A DNA stretch of 64,000 nt, taken from Escherichia coli (GTDB lineage: Bacteria; Pseudomonadota; Gammaproteobacteria; Enterobacterales; Enterobacteriaceae). The notes below the pieces were generated by a model. The model saw only the letters and a program-made list of their open reading frames with translations, ran no database searches and had not been told where the DNA came from. The stretch is from NCBI RefSeq assembly GCF_030384885.1, contig NZ_CP128613.1. One strand, 5' to 3'. Position numbers and translations under genes: made by a program. Shown here in pieces: positions 14,520-24,616 of the stretch (positions are counted from its first letter, which is position 1; each line of letters opens with the position of its first letter).

Positions 14520-14918
14520 TTACCATGTCATACAAGCTGCGTTAAAAATACCGCCAGCCAGCGCGGCGGTTCCCATAAACATTCCTGCTGCGGTATTGTG
14601 ATTAATAATTTTTTCGCTTAATGCTGGCATATAAAGTCTGACGCCAGCAAAAACGAGTAACTGAATCACCAGTGCGATCCCGCCCCAGGCAAAATAATCC
14701 GGAATACTCACCGCATTGATTGCCGCACTAGATAATGGGATCACGTAACCCAACAATGTACCACTGAACGCCAGTGCCGCCGCGGTATTATTGTTTTTAA
14801 TTAACTGCCATTCGTTGTGTGGTGTAATTTTGGAGTAGATAAACAGAAAAATAATCACCATAGCCACGCCAATAAAAAAATAGGCGCTAAAGGCAAGAAG
14901 TGAATCCAGTATATGCAT
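14520..14918 (-). CDS. yjfL: DUF350 inner-membrane protein
   Basis: 132-aa hydrophobic ORF. Confidence 0.88.
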   Translation of the reverse strand: MHILDSLLAFSAYFFIGVAMVIIFLFIYSKITPHNEWQLIKNNNTAAALAFSGTLLGYVIPLSSAAINAVSIPDYFAWGGIALVIQLLVFAGVRLYMPALSEKIINHNTAAGMFMGTAALAGGIFNAACMTW

Positions 14919-14935
14919 CGTAAACGTCCTTGTAA

Positions 14936-15595
14936 TTAACCAATAATATGAAGTGATGTCAGTGGGATATCAACACCCAGTGCGCGCGAAAATAACCACT
15001 CCGGCTCGCCGAGATCGTTAAAAGATTCCTCACCATTTAACAGCAAATATTCACAGGTATCTTCGGTCACCTGCCGTTCATAGCCCATGGTAAAATTATG
15101 CACTTCCCATTTGGCGTGGTTTTGATTTTCAACTTTTTCCAGCATATAGACGGGTTCGATATTTCCCGGTTCTTCACTGTTAAAAAATCGCTGCCAGCGT
15201 TTTTCCTGCCAGTTTAATGTCATTGCCCCCATCGCTTTGGCGTTGATCGCTTCGCGCCAGTGGCTCTCTTTGCTGATACCGTAGCTCTCTTCATAGACAA
15301 AGAGCTTTATATCATCAATGTCATCAATATCTTCGCCGCCGGTGGTATTGATTTGCAGAAATTCATCGCCCGAAGTGTAGTAGCGGAAAATCTGACTACC
15401 GCCGCCCAGATCGATGTGGCTGACAGCGGCTACCGTAAATTCTTCACCCGGCAGCGCAATCAGCAATTCATCTTCCAGCAAACGAAACGCTAACGTGTCG
15501 AGCGTAAAGCCGCTATTGAGATGAAGTCCCAGTGGGCCACGTGCGATTGCAGGTTTATCATCCTTACCAAACAGACGCTTGAAAAAACTTGTCAT
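14936..15595 (-). CDS. yjfK: DUF2491 protein
   Basis: 219-aa ORF; start codon overlaps stop of the upstream RCK-like ORF (ATGA). Confidence 0.9.
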   Translation of the reverse strand: MTSFFKRLFGKDDKPAIARGPLGLHLNSGFTLDTLAFRLLEDELLIALPGEEFTVAAVSHIDLGGGSQIFRYYTSGDEFLQINTTGGEDIDDIDDIKLFVYEESYGISKESHWREAINAKAMGAMTLNWQEKRWQRFFNSEEPGNIEPVYMLEKVENQNHAKWEVHNFTMGYERQVTEDTCEYLLLNGEESFNDLGEPEWLFSRALGVDIPLTSLHIIG

Positions 15596-16347
15596 ATGCT
15601 TCCCTCAATGTCCTGCCATGCCACTTCTTCAGCCAAAATACGGTTATTGCCAATAAGATGCAGCCACATACCGCCTTTAACTTCCGTTGCAATGACTGGA
15701 TTCAGTTCCATTCCCCTACCATTTTTACAACTGCTTATTCCCAGGACGGTGGCATCATGATGAAGTTTCATATAATGCATCAATGCGCCATAACGCATTG
15801 AGGTAACCCGTTCAGGAATCGGTAAAACAAACCCCGTATCCCCCAGCATTGGATTCATAATCGATGCCACTGATTGAGATGAACCGGGATCTTGTATTGA
15901 ACGGGAAAGTTGTTCTGCTGAAATATTTCGCACTATTTCAATACGTTGACAATGAACCTCTAATAAACGAGCGTAGCGTTCATCTTCCAGATAAGCGACG
16001 ATATGGCATCTTTCAGGAATAAAATCCGCCAGGGATAGTGCGGTCGTGAACGTCTGCTCATCTGTTTGCGAAAAGATGATGACACTTTGGCAATTTGCCA
16101 GTCCCATGCGGGTATGTTCATGCGGATCATTAAAATTACTAATACGAATGAAATCGACCCAATTATTTCCAGGCATCGGATGTTGAATATCATCCCGCTC
16201 ACACAAAAGTACCCGGCCAAATGCTCTTCGGGAATCAAACAACAATAATGAAATCATCTTTTCAGTCTGATGCCCGCGCCATCCAATGACCAGCATATGG
16301 TTGCGCAAATTGCTGTAGTCGCCCATTCCCGTCATTCCTTTCGCCAA
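15592..16347 (-). CDS. RCK/TrkA-N-like cytoplasmic regulatory domain protein, apparent C-terminal half of a Kch/MthK-type K+ channel; start ambiguous (TTG at 16347, ATG at 16335 or 16326)
   Basis: N-terminus HMLVIGWRGHQTEKMISLL fits the Rossmann beta1-Gly-loop-alphaA pattern of RCK/CASTOR-type domains; ORF is in the same frame as the pore ORF, 2 codons after its TAA. AAGGA lies 9 nt before the ATG at 16326. Not a gene I recall from K-12. Confidence 0.55.
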   Translation of the reverse strand: MAKGMTGMGDYSNLRNHMLVIGWRGHQTEKMISLLLFDSRRAFGRVLLCERDDIQHPMPGNNWVDFIRISNFNDPHEHTRMGLANCQSVIIFSQTDEQTFTTALSLADFIPERCHIVAYLEDERYARLLEVHCQRIEIVRNISAEQLSRSIQDPGSSQSVASIMNPMLGDTGFVLPIPERVTSMRYGALMHYMKLHHDATVLGISSCKNGRGMELNPVIATEVKGGMWLHLIGNNRILAEEVAWQDIEGSI

Positions 16348-16353
16348 TATGTC

Positions 16354-16662
16354 TTACACTAATGCAATGACTTTTCCCATTAAAGCGCCAAATAAACCAA
16401 CACTCACAGGAATCTGCCAGAGCGCTGTGAACAGACGTCCCCCCACCGTTTGGGGTGTGATATCACCAAACCCCAGCGTTGATCCCACAACCGAGCAGTA
16501 ATAAATAAAATTACTAAGTTGTCCTACCAACGCCTCTTCATGCAACGCAGTTAACACCAGATAACAAAACAGATACTGTCCTGTAAATAATCCAGTCAAT
16601 GCCGGCCAGGTAAGCCTGGAAAGGTGACGTCGGCAGGTTTTAATGATCCATGAGAAGAACAT
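16354..16662 (-). CDS. Two-TM K+-channel-like pore subunit (TM1, pore helix, TLGFGD filter, TM2), apparent N-terminal half of an interrupted channel gene
   Basis: 102-aa ORF: TM1 PALTGLFTGQYLFCYLVLTAL, pore helix and filter NFIYYCSVVGSTLGFGDITP, TM2 GGRLFTALWQIPVSVGLFGALMGKVIALV; ends at TAA directly after TM2. ATG overlaps yjfJ stop by 1 nt. Confidence 0.6.
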   Translation of the reverse strand: MFFSWIIKTCRRHLSRLTWPALTGLFTGQYLFCYLVLTALHEEALVGQLSNFIYYCSVVGSTLGFGDITPQTVGGRLFTALWQIPVSVGLFGALMGKVIALV

Positions 16663-17360
16663 TACTCGCCCTGTTGGCGTTGCAGTCTTGCTAATACATC
16701 CTGGGCGCTACTTTTGTTGCTACCGCCAATTCCGGCTTCCGCCAGTTTTTCATCAAGATCGCGACCATCTGCCACTTTTTCCAGCTGTACGGCAGCATCC
16801 AGGCGAGCTTGACGTTCGGCCTGACGCGTTTGCAGACGCTTTAAGGATTCTGCCGCTGTCGAAACGCTGGAAGATGCGCCAACAGTAGAGGTCGTTACGG
16901 CCTGTTGTGCACGCTGCATGGCTTCAGTAGCTTTAACGACTTCCATTTGTTGCTCAAACTGAGCGATACGCTGCGCTGTCGCTGTAACTGCTTTTTCCAC
17001 GCCATCACGAGAGACTTCCAGATTCGACAACACTTGCTCTTCAGCGGTAATAAGATTCTCAAGGCGCGCGATTTCTTCAGCAACTTCGTTAATCAACGAC
17101 GGATTAACGTTCTTGCTTAACGCTTCCAGCGCACGAGCTTCCAGACTGGCTTTGCGCTCACGTAAATCTTTCAGCTTATCGTGACTTAATTTCACCCGCG
17201 CCAGCAGATCAACGCGAGATTTTCCGGCTTTATCGAGTTCAGCTTTAGCGTCACGAATATGCTGTTCCAGCATGCGCACACCCTGGGTTTCTTCAATGGA
17301 TTCTTCCGCCTGAGAGATAAACGATTTCCCCAGCGTAAATAAACTTTTTAAAATTCCCAT
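16662..17360 (-). CDS. yjfJ: PspA/IM30-family coiled-coil protein
   Basis: 232-aa ORF MGILKSLFTLGKSFISQAEE..., PspA-like. Confidence 0.92.
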   Translation of the reverse strand: MGILKSLFTLGKSFISQAEESIEETQGVRMLEQHIRDAKAELDKAGKSRVDLLARVKLSHDKLKDLRERKASLEARALEALSKNVNPSLINEVAEEIARLENLITAEEQVLSNLEVSRDGVEKAVTATAQRIAQFEQQMEVVKATEAMQRAQQAVTTSTVGASSSVSTAAESLKRLQTRQAERQARLDAAVQLEKVADGRDLDEKLAEAGIGGSNKSSAQDVLARLQRQQGE

Positions 17361-17378
17361 AAATACCTGTCCTTGTAA

Positions 17379-17780
17379 TTAGTGTGAATATTCTTCTGTA
17401 ATTTCAGCAAGATCCAAAGCGTTATCTACCAGCGTGGTTATTTCCAGCAGGATATCTTCAAGAGAAGATTTAAGCGATAACGCCCCGAAAACAATGTAAT
17501 ACTCTTCCTGTTGCACGCTGGAGATCCCTACCGATGACAACGGCATCATCTTCTGATTTCTTAATAAGAAGGTATTAAATTCATCTGGATTGCAGATACT
17601 ACTTACCGGACAAATAAAGGTTTCGATAATCATTTGGCGGGAAGTAAAAAGAATATTGATTTGCAAATCGCCATAATCATTCATTTTAATAATTAATGCG
17701 TTTTCATTATTTGTTATATCAATATTTTGTTCAGGTATAGTTTGCAGCGCCGTCGCCAGCGCCAACGGATTCCATGTCAT
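17379..17780 (-). CDS. yjfI: DUF2170 protein
   Basis: 133-aa ORF. Confidence 0.9.
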   Translation of the reverse strand: MTWNPLALATALQTIPEQNIDITNNENALIIKMNDYGDLQINILFTSRQMIIETFICPVSSICNPDEFNTFLLRNQKMMPLSSVGISSVQQEEYYIVFGALSLKSSLEDILLEITTLVDNALDLAEITEEYSH

Positions 17781-17860
17781 ATATTATTCCATAGTGATTA
17801 AGTTGAAATATTAATAATATAAATATTTGTAGCACGTAATTATCTTACCAGCTCCAGACA

Positions 17861-17892
17861 AAAAAAAACCATCCAAATATGGATGGTTTTTC
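17861..17892 (-). terminator. Intrinsic terminator downstream of rlmB
   Basis: Hairpin ccatcc-aaatat-ggatgg flanked by A9 and T5 runs; terminates the nsrR-rnr-rlmB transcript. Confidence 0.7.
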
Positions 17893-17906
17893 ATAATTCA
17901 GAGAAA

Positions 17907-18638
17907 TTAGCTACGCTGGCGTACCGCTTCAAATAAGCAAATGCCGGTCGCTACCGAAACGTTCAGGGAAGAAACGCTTCCTGCCATGGGGATGCTGATC
18001 AACTCATCGCAATGTTCACGAGTCAGGCGACGCATGCCTTCACCTTCTGCGCCCATAACCAGTGCCAGCCGTCCGGTCATTTTGCTCTGATAGAGCGTAT
18101 GATCCGCCTCTCCTGCCGTACCGACGATCCAAATATTCTCTTCCTGCAACATACGCATAGTGCGCGCCAGGTTAGTCACCCGAATCAGCGGAACGCTTTC
18201 TGCCGCGCCGCAGGCCACTTTTTTCGCCGTGGCGTTGAGCTGTGCGGAGCGATCTTTCGGCACAATCACCGCATGAACGCCTGCGGCGTCCGCGCTGCGC
18301 AGGCACGCGCCGAGGTTGTGCGGATCGGTCACACCGTCGAGGATCAGCAGGAACGGTTGTTCGAGCGAAGCGATCAGATCCGGCAGATCGTTTTCCTGAT
18401 ACTGACGTCCTGGCTTCACACGGGCGATAATGCCCTGATGCACGGCACCGTCGCTTTTCTCGTCGAGATATTGGCGGTTTGCCAGCTGGATAACCACGCC
18501 CTGGGACTCAAGGGCGTGAATCAGCGGCAACAGACGTTTATCTTCACGGCCTTTTAAAATAAAGACTTCCTGAAAACGTTCAGGGGCGCGCTCCAGCAGG
18601 GCCTGCACTGCGTGGATGCCGTAAATCATTTCGCTCAT
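17907..18638 (-). CDS. rlmB: 23S rRNA (guanosine-2'-O)-methyltransferase, SpoU family
   Basis: 243-aa ORF. Confidence 0.95.
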   Translation of the reverse strand: MSEMIYGIHAVQALLERAPERFQEVFILKGREDKRLLPLIHALESQGVVIQLANRQYLDEKSDGAVHQGIIARVKPGRQYQENDLPDLIASLEQPFLLILDGVTDPHNLGACLRSADAAGVHAVIVPKDRSAQLNATAKKVACGAAESVPLIRVTNLARTMRMLQEENIWIVGTAGEADHTLYQSKMTGRLALVMGAEGEGMRRLTREHCDELISIPMAGSVSSLNVSVATGICLFEAVRQRS

Positions 18639-18662
18639 TAATGTACTCGTTGTTTACGTTTT

Positions 18663-18763
18663 GCCTGATGCGCTACGCTTATCAGGCCTACATGATCCCT
18701 GCAATGTATTGAATTTGCGTGATTATGTAGGCCGGATAAGGCGTTCACGCCGCATCCGGCATG
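18663..18763. repeat. BIME: two inverted REP elements
   Basis: gcctgatgcgctacgcttatcaggcctac (18663-18691) and gtaggccggataaggcgttcacgccgcatccggcatg (18727-18763). Confidence 0.75.
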
Positions 18764-18818
18764 AACAAAGCGCATTTTGTCAGCAATCTGACCCTCTTCT
18801 GTTTGAAGAGGGTAATGA

Positions 18819-21260
18819 TCACTCTGCCACTTTTTTCTTCGCCGCACGCTTCGCTTTGGTCGCTGCGGCTATTTTCTGCGTTTTCGCCGATGGCTTTTTC
18901 GATTTTCTCGCGTCTTTCTTCGCCGCTTTCGGCTTCGTTTTTTTCTCGCCACGGAAGGCGCTGTCTGGCTCAAAGTTTACCTTTTTACCGACCTGGCGAC
19001 GCTTGCCGCCTTTTTTGCCTGCATCGCCTTTTTTCGCTTTCTCGCGCGCGGTTTTACCGACGTTGCGCGGTGCGCGTTCGCTGGAGATCAGGCTAAAGTC
19101 GATTTTGCGCTCGTCCATATTAACCGCTTCGACGCGAACTTCCACGCGATCGCCCAGGCGATAAGTCTGGCCGCTGGATTCACCCATCAGGCGTTGTCCC
19201 ACCTGGTCAAAGCGATAGTAGTCATTGTCCAGCGAAGAGACGTGGACCAGACCATCGATGAACAAGTCATCCAGGCGAACAAAGAAGCCAAAACCAGTGA
19301 CGCTGGAAATTACGCCTTTAAAGATGTTACCTACCTGGTCGAGCATGAAGTCACACTTCAGCCAGTCAGCCACATCACGCGTTGCTTCGTCGGCACGACG
19401 TTCCGCCATCGAACAGTGCTGACCCAGTTGCAGCATCTCTTCCATCGAATAATGGTAGCCGCCGGTTTCAGTGGTATTCCCCTGATGCCCCTGCTCTTTC
19501 GCCAGCAGATACTTAATGGCGCGGTGGAGCGTCAGATCAGGATAACGACGAATCGGCGAAGTAAAGTGCGCATAGGACTGCAATGCCAGACCGAAGTGAC
19601 CGCGGTTTTCCGGATCGTAAATCGCTTGTTTCATCGAGCGCAACAGCATGGTTTGCAGCATTTCTGCGTCAGGACGGTCAGCAACCGATTCCAGCAGTTC
19701 CGCGTAGTCACGCGGTTCCGGCTTGTTACCGCCAGGCAATTCCAGCCCCAGTTCCGCCAGCACTGAACGGAAAGAGGTTATCGCTTCGGTGCTCGGCTTG
19801 TCGTGAATACGGAACAGTGCCGGTTCTTTGGCCTTCTCAACGAAACGCGCCGCCGAGATATTCGCCAGAATCATGCACTCTTCAATTAACTTGTGTGCGT
19901 CGTTACGCTGGGTCTGTTCGATACGCTCAATACGGCGTTCAGCGTTGAAAATGAACTTCGCTTCTTCGCTCTCAAACGAGATCCCGCCGCGTTCTTCACG
20001 GGCTTTATCCAGCACTTTATAGAGGTTATGCAGCTCTTCGAGATGCTTAACCAGCGGGGAGTACTGCTCGCGCAGATCCTGATCGCCCTGCAGAATATGC
20101 CAGACTTTGGTGTAGGTCAGACGCGCGTGAGAGCTCATCACCGCTTCATAGAATTTGTAGCCAGTCAGGCGGCCTTTCGACGAAACCGTCATCTCGCACA
20201 CCATACACAGGCGGTCTACCTGCGGGTTGAGCGAACACAGGCCGTTAGAGAGCACTTCCGGCAGCATCGGGATAACCTGCGAAGGGAAGTACACCGACGT
20301 ACCACGGTTACGCGCTTCTCTATCCAGCGGTGTTGGCGGACGCACATAGTAACTGACGTCGGCAATTGCGACCCACAAACGCCAGCCGCCGCCGCGTTTT
20401 TTCTCGCAGTAAACTGCATCGTCAAAGTCACGGGCGTCTTCGCCATCAATGGTGACCAGCGGTAAATCGCGCAGATCGACACGGCCAGCTTTCGCCTCTT
20501 CCGGTACTTCTTCTTTCAGCCCGGCAACCTGTTGCTCAACAGCCTGCGGCCAGATGTACGGAATTTCATGGGTACGCAGGGCGATATCAACCGCCATGCC
20601 GGTGCCCATATTATCGCCCAGCACTTCGACGATTTTACCCACCGCTTTGGTACGGCGAGTCGGGCGTTGGGTCAGTTCAACCACCACCACAAAGCCCATC
20701 CGCGCGCCCATGATCTGATCGGGCGGGATTAAAATATCGAAGCTCAGACGGCTGTCGTCAGGAACCACAAAGCCGACACCCGCTTCAGTAAAGTAGCGAC
20801 CAACAATCTGGCTGGTTTTTGGCACCAGTACGCGGACAATACGCGCTTCACGGCGGCCTTTACGGTCAGCGCCCAGCGGCTGTGCCAGCACCTGATCGCC
20901 ATGAATGCAGGTTTTCATCTGCTCGCTGGAGAGATACAAATCATCTTTACGCCCTTCAACCCGCAGAAAGCCGTAGCCATCACGGTGGCCAATAACGGTA
21001 CCTTTCACCAGGTCGAGGCGTTCCGGCAGCGCATAGCACTGACGGCGAGTAAAGACCAGTTGACCATCGCGCTCCATCGCGCGCAGGCGGCGACGCAGGC
21101 CTTCAAGCTGCTCTTCGCCTTCAATGTGCAGTTCTACCGCCAACTCATCACGGCTGGCCGGTTTTTCACGTTTGGTTAAATGTTCGAGGATAAATTCCCG
21201 ACTAGGGATGGGATTCGCGTATTTTTCAGCTTCGCGTTCCTGGAAAGGATCTTGTGACAT
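18819..21260 (-). CDS. rnr: Ribonuclease R (3'-5' exoribonuclease, Lys-rich C-terminal tail)
   Basis: 813 aa from [14 protein letters not shown]...; track ORF carries a 14-codon upstream extension. Confidence 0.95.
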   Translation of the reverse strand: MSQDPFQEREAEKYANPIPSREFILEHLTKREKPASRDELAVELHIEGEEQLEGLRRRLRAMERDGQLVFTRRQCYALPERLDLVKGTVIGHRDGYGFLRVEGRKDDLYLSSEQMKTCIHGDQVLAQPLGADRKGRREARIVRVLVPKTSQIVGRYFTEAGVGFVVPDDSRLSFDILIPPDQIMGARMGFVVVVELTQRPTRRTKAVGKIVEVLGDNMGTGMAVDIALRTHEIPYIWPQAVEQQVAGLKEEVPEEAKAGRVDLRDLPLVTIDGEDARDFDDAVYCEKKRGGGWRLWVAIADVSYYVRPPTPLDREARNRGTSVYFPSQVIPMLPEVLSNGLCSLNPQVDRLCMVCEMTVSSKGRLTGYKFYEAVMSSHARLTYTKVWHILQGDQDLREQYSPLVKHLEELHNLYKVLDKAREERGGISFESEEAKFIFNAERRIERIEQTQRNDAHKLIEECMILANISAARFVEKAKEPALFRIHDKPSTEAITSFRSVLAELGLELPGGNKPEPRDYAELLESVADRPDAEMLQTMLLRSMKQAIYDPENRGHFGLALQSYAHFTSPIRRYPDLTLHRAIKYLLAKEQGHQGNTTETGGYHYSMEEMLQLGQHCSMAERRADEATRDVADWLKCDFMLDQVGNIFKGVISSVTGFGFFVRLDDLFIDGLVHVSSLDNDYYRFDQVGQRLMGESSGQTYRLGDRVEVRVEAVNMDERKIDFSLISSERAPRNVGKTAREKAKKGDAGKKGGKRRQVGKKVNFEPDSAFRGEKKTKPKAAKKDARKSKKPSAKTQKIAAATKAKRAAKKKVAE

Positions 21261-21298
21261 CTCGGTTCCTCCGTTGTCATCTCTGATGAAGATTTTCG

Positions 21299-21724
21299 TC
21301 ACTCCACCAGCAATAATTTATAAAGCGGTTGATTCTCTTCAACCAAATCGGCAAGCGTGTAGTTATCCAGTTCCGTAAGAAAACTTTGCACGGCCTTAGA
21401 AAGTGCCTGTTTCAACCGACAGGCAGGTGTAATGTGGCAAAACTCACTGCTGCAATTCACCAGCGATAAAGGTTCCAGCTCGCGCACCACATCACCAATA
21501 CGTATCGCACTCGCCGGTTTCCCCAGGCGAATGCCGCCATTTTTTCCACGAACAGCAGTCACGTAGCCGGCACGACTAAGTTGATTGATTATTTTGACCA
21601 TATGATTACGGGAGACGCCGTAGACGTCAGTCACTTCAGAAATACTGGTCATCCGCCCTTCTGGCAATGACGCCATGTAGATCAGCGCACGTAATCCGTA
21701 ATCAGTGAAACTCGTTAACTGCAC
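21299..21724 (-). CDS. nsrR: NO-sensing Rrf2-family repressor
   Basis: 141-aa ORF, Rrf2 HTH with Cys residues for the Fe-S cluster. Confidence 0.95.
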
Positions 21725-21928
21725 ATCAACCTCAAAAGGGAAATCGGGAAAAAATACATTTATATTGATGATAAACCAGCCACAAGCTGTGTCGCTAATT
21801 TATTTCAGTTTGGGGAAGGAAAAAAGCGAGGATTTAACACTGTGTCGGAAAGCGTAATGGCTTAACCGACACAGCAATGTATCACACTGTTAGCCCGGCA
21901 GGCAAAATATCTGCCAGGCGTACCAGAA

Positions 21929-23230
<1,302 letters not shown>

Positions 23231-23330
23231 TCAAAATCACCGTTTGCTTAAAAATGGATTCTACCATCGCTTTTTCAGAGTTACAGCACTTTTTGCACTC
23301 AAAAATGACCTCGATCAGTCTGTTTTTTGT

Positions 23331-23528
23331 TCAGCCAATCGTTTTCCTCAACATGTAGTAGACCACAACGCCCGCAACCACAAGTCCACCGCCAAAACGA
23401 CGTAAAATATTATCGGGCAAATTGGTCATCGCAGCGATCATCTTCTTCCATGCCTTCGGGTAAAGCATCGGCCCTAAACCTTCCAGCACCAAAACCAGGG
23501 CAAGCGCCAGCCAGATTGTCGAATTCAT
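23331..23528 (-). CDS. yjeT: DUF2065 small membrane protein
   Basis: 65-aa hydrophobic ORF downstream of hflC. Confidence 0.85.
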   Translation of the reverse strand: MNSTIWLALALVLVLEGLGPMLYPKAWKKMIAAMTNLPDNILRRFGGGLVVAGVVVYYMLRKTIG

Positions 23529-23609
23529 TCATTATCCTTATAGAAAAAGAAAACCACCGACATCCCTGAGGATGCGGTGGCTTTATTGACCTGTACCGCA
23601 GTCGTTATA

Positions 23610-24614
23610 TTAACGCGTTGCGGAAGTCGGCGTCTTCATGTAGCGGAAGAAATCGCTGTCCGGGCTCATGACCATCACGTCCTGATTGCCAGAGAAGCTG
23701 TTCTCATAAGCACGCAGGCTACGGATGAATGCGTAGAAGTCCGGATCTTTACTGAATGCATCAGCAAACAGTTTGGCTGCTTCTGCATCGCCTTCACCAC
23801 GCATGATGCGGCCCTGACGCTCCGCTTCTGCCAGCGTTCTGGTCACTTCATAGTCGGCAGTCGCGCGCAGTTTTTCCGCTTCTTCCTGACCTTGTGAACG
23901 GTGACGACGTGCTACCGCTTCACGCTCGGCGCGCATGCGGTTGTAGATCGCTTCAGACACTTCGGTCGGCAGGTTGATCTGCTTGATACGCACATCGACA
24001 ACTTCAATACCCAGCGCCGCCATACTGTTCGGGTTGATGACCGGTACTTTACCCTTCGTCTCAGCCGTTACGCGCTCTGCCGCTTCGGCAATGGCGTTAT
24101 CTGCAGCCGGAGTAGTAACTTCATCTTCTGTACCCGCAGAACCGGAGTTTAGCGCGTCACGTACTTCCAGGGTCAGACGACCACGAGAATCGGTGACGAT
24201 GTCTTTCACATCCAGACGACCAATTTCAGAACGCAGACGGTCAGAGAACTTACGTTTCAACAGCACTTCCGCTTGCGAAATGTCGCCACCGCCCGTTGCC
24301 AGGTAGTAACGACTGAAATCACTGATGCGCCATTTGATGTAAGAGTCGACGATCAGGTCTTTCTTCTCTTTAGTCACAAAGCGGTCGGCCTGGTTGTCCA
24401 TGGTCTGAATACGTGCATCAAGCATTTTCACCGTTTCAATGAACGGTATCTTGAAATGCAGACCCGGCTCATAAACCAGAGGTTTGTTGTCATCGTCACG
24501 CAGTACCTTACCAAAACGCAGCGTAATACCGCGCTCACCTTCTTTGACGACAAAGACAGACATGTAAAGCACTACCAGCACGATGATGATAATCGCGATA
24601 ACTGACTTACGCAT
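23610..24614 (-). CDS. hflC: FtsH protease modulator HflC
   Basis: 334-aa SPFH/band-7 ORF. Confidence 0.96.
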   Translation of the reverse strand: MRKSVIAIIIIVLVVLYMSVFVVKEGERGITLRFGKVLRDDDNKPLVYEPGLHFKIPFIETVKMLDARIQTMDNQADRFVTKEKKDLIVDSYIKWRISDFSRYYLATGGGDISQAEVLLKRKFSDRLRSEIGRLDVKDIVTDSRGRLTLEVRDALNSGSAGTEDEVTTPAADNAIAEAAERVTAETKGKVPVINPNSMAALGIEVVDVRIKQINLPTEVSEAIYNRMRAEREAVARRHRSQGQEEAEKLRATADYEVTRTLAEAERQGRIMRGEGDAEAAKLFADAFSKDPDFYAFIRSLRAYENSFSGNQDVMVMSPDSDFFRYMKTPTSATR

Positions 24615-24616
24615 CG

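Noticed and set aside
15596-16661. Mobile-element origin for the channel insertion (IS, transposon, integron cassette)
   Set aside because: No transposase or integrase ORF, no terminal inverted repeats or target-site duplications seen by eye; boundaries coincide with codon overlaps instead.
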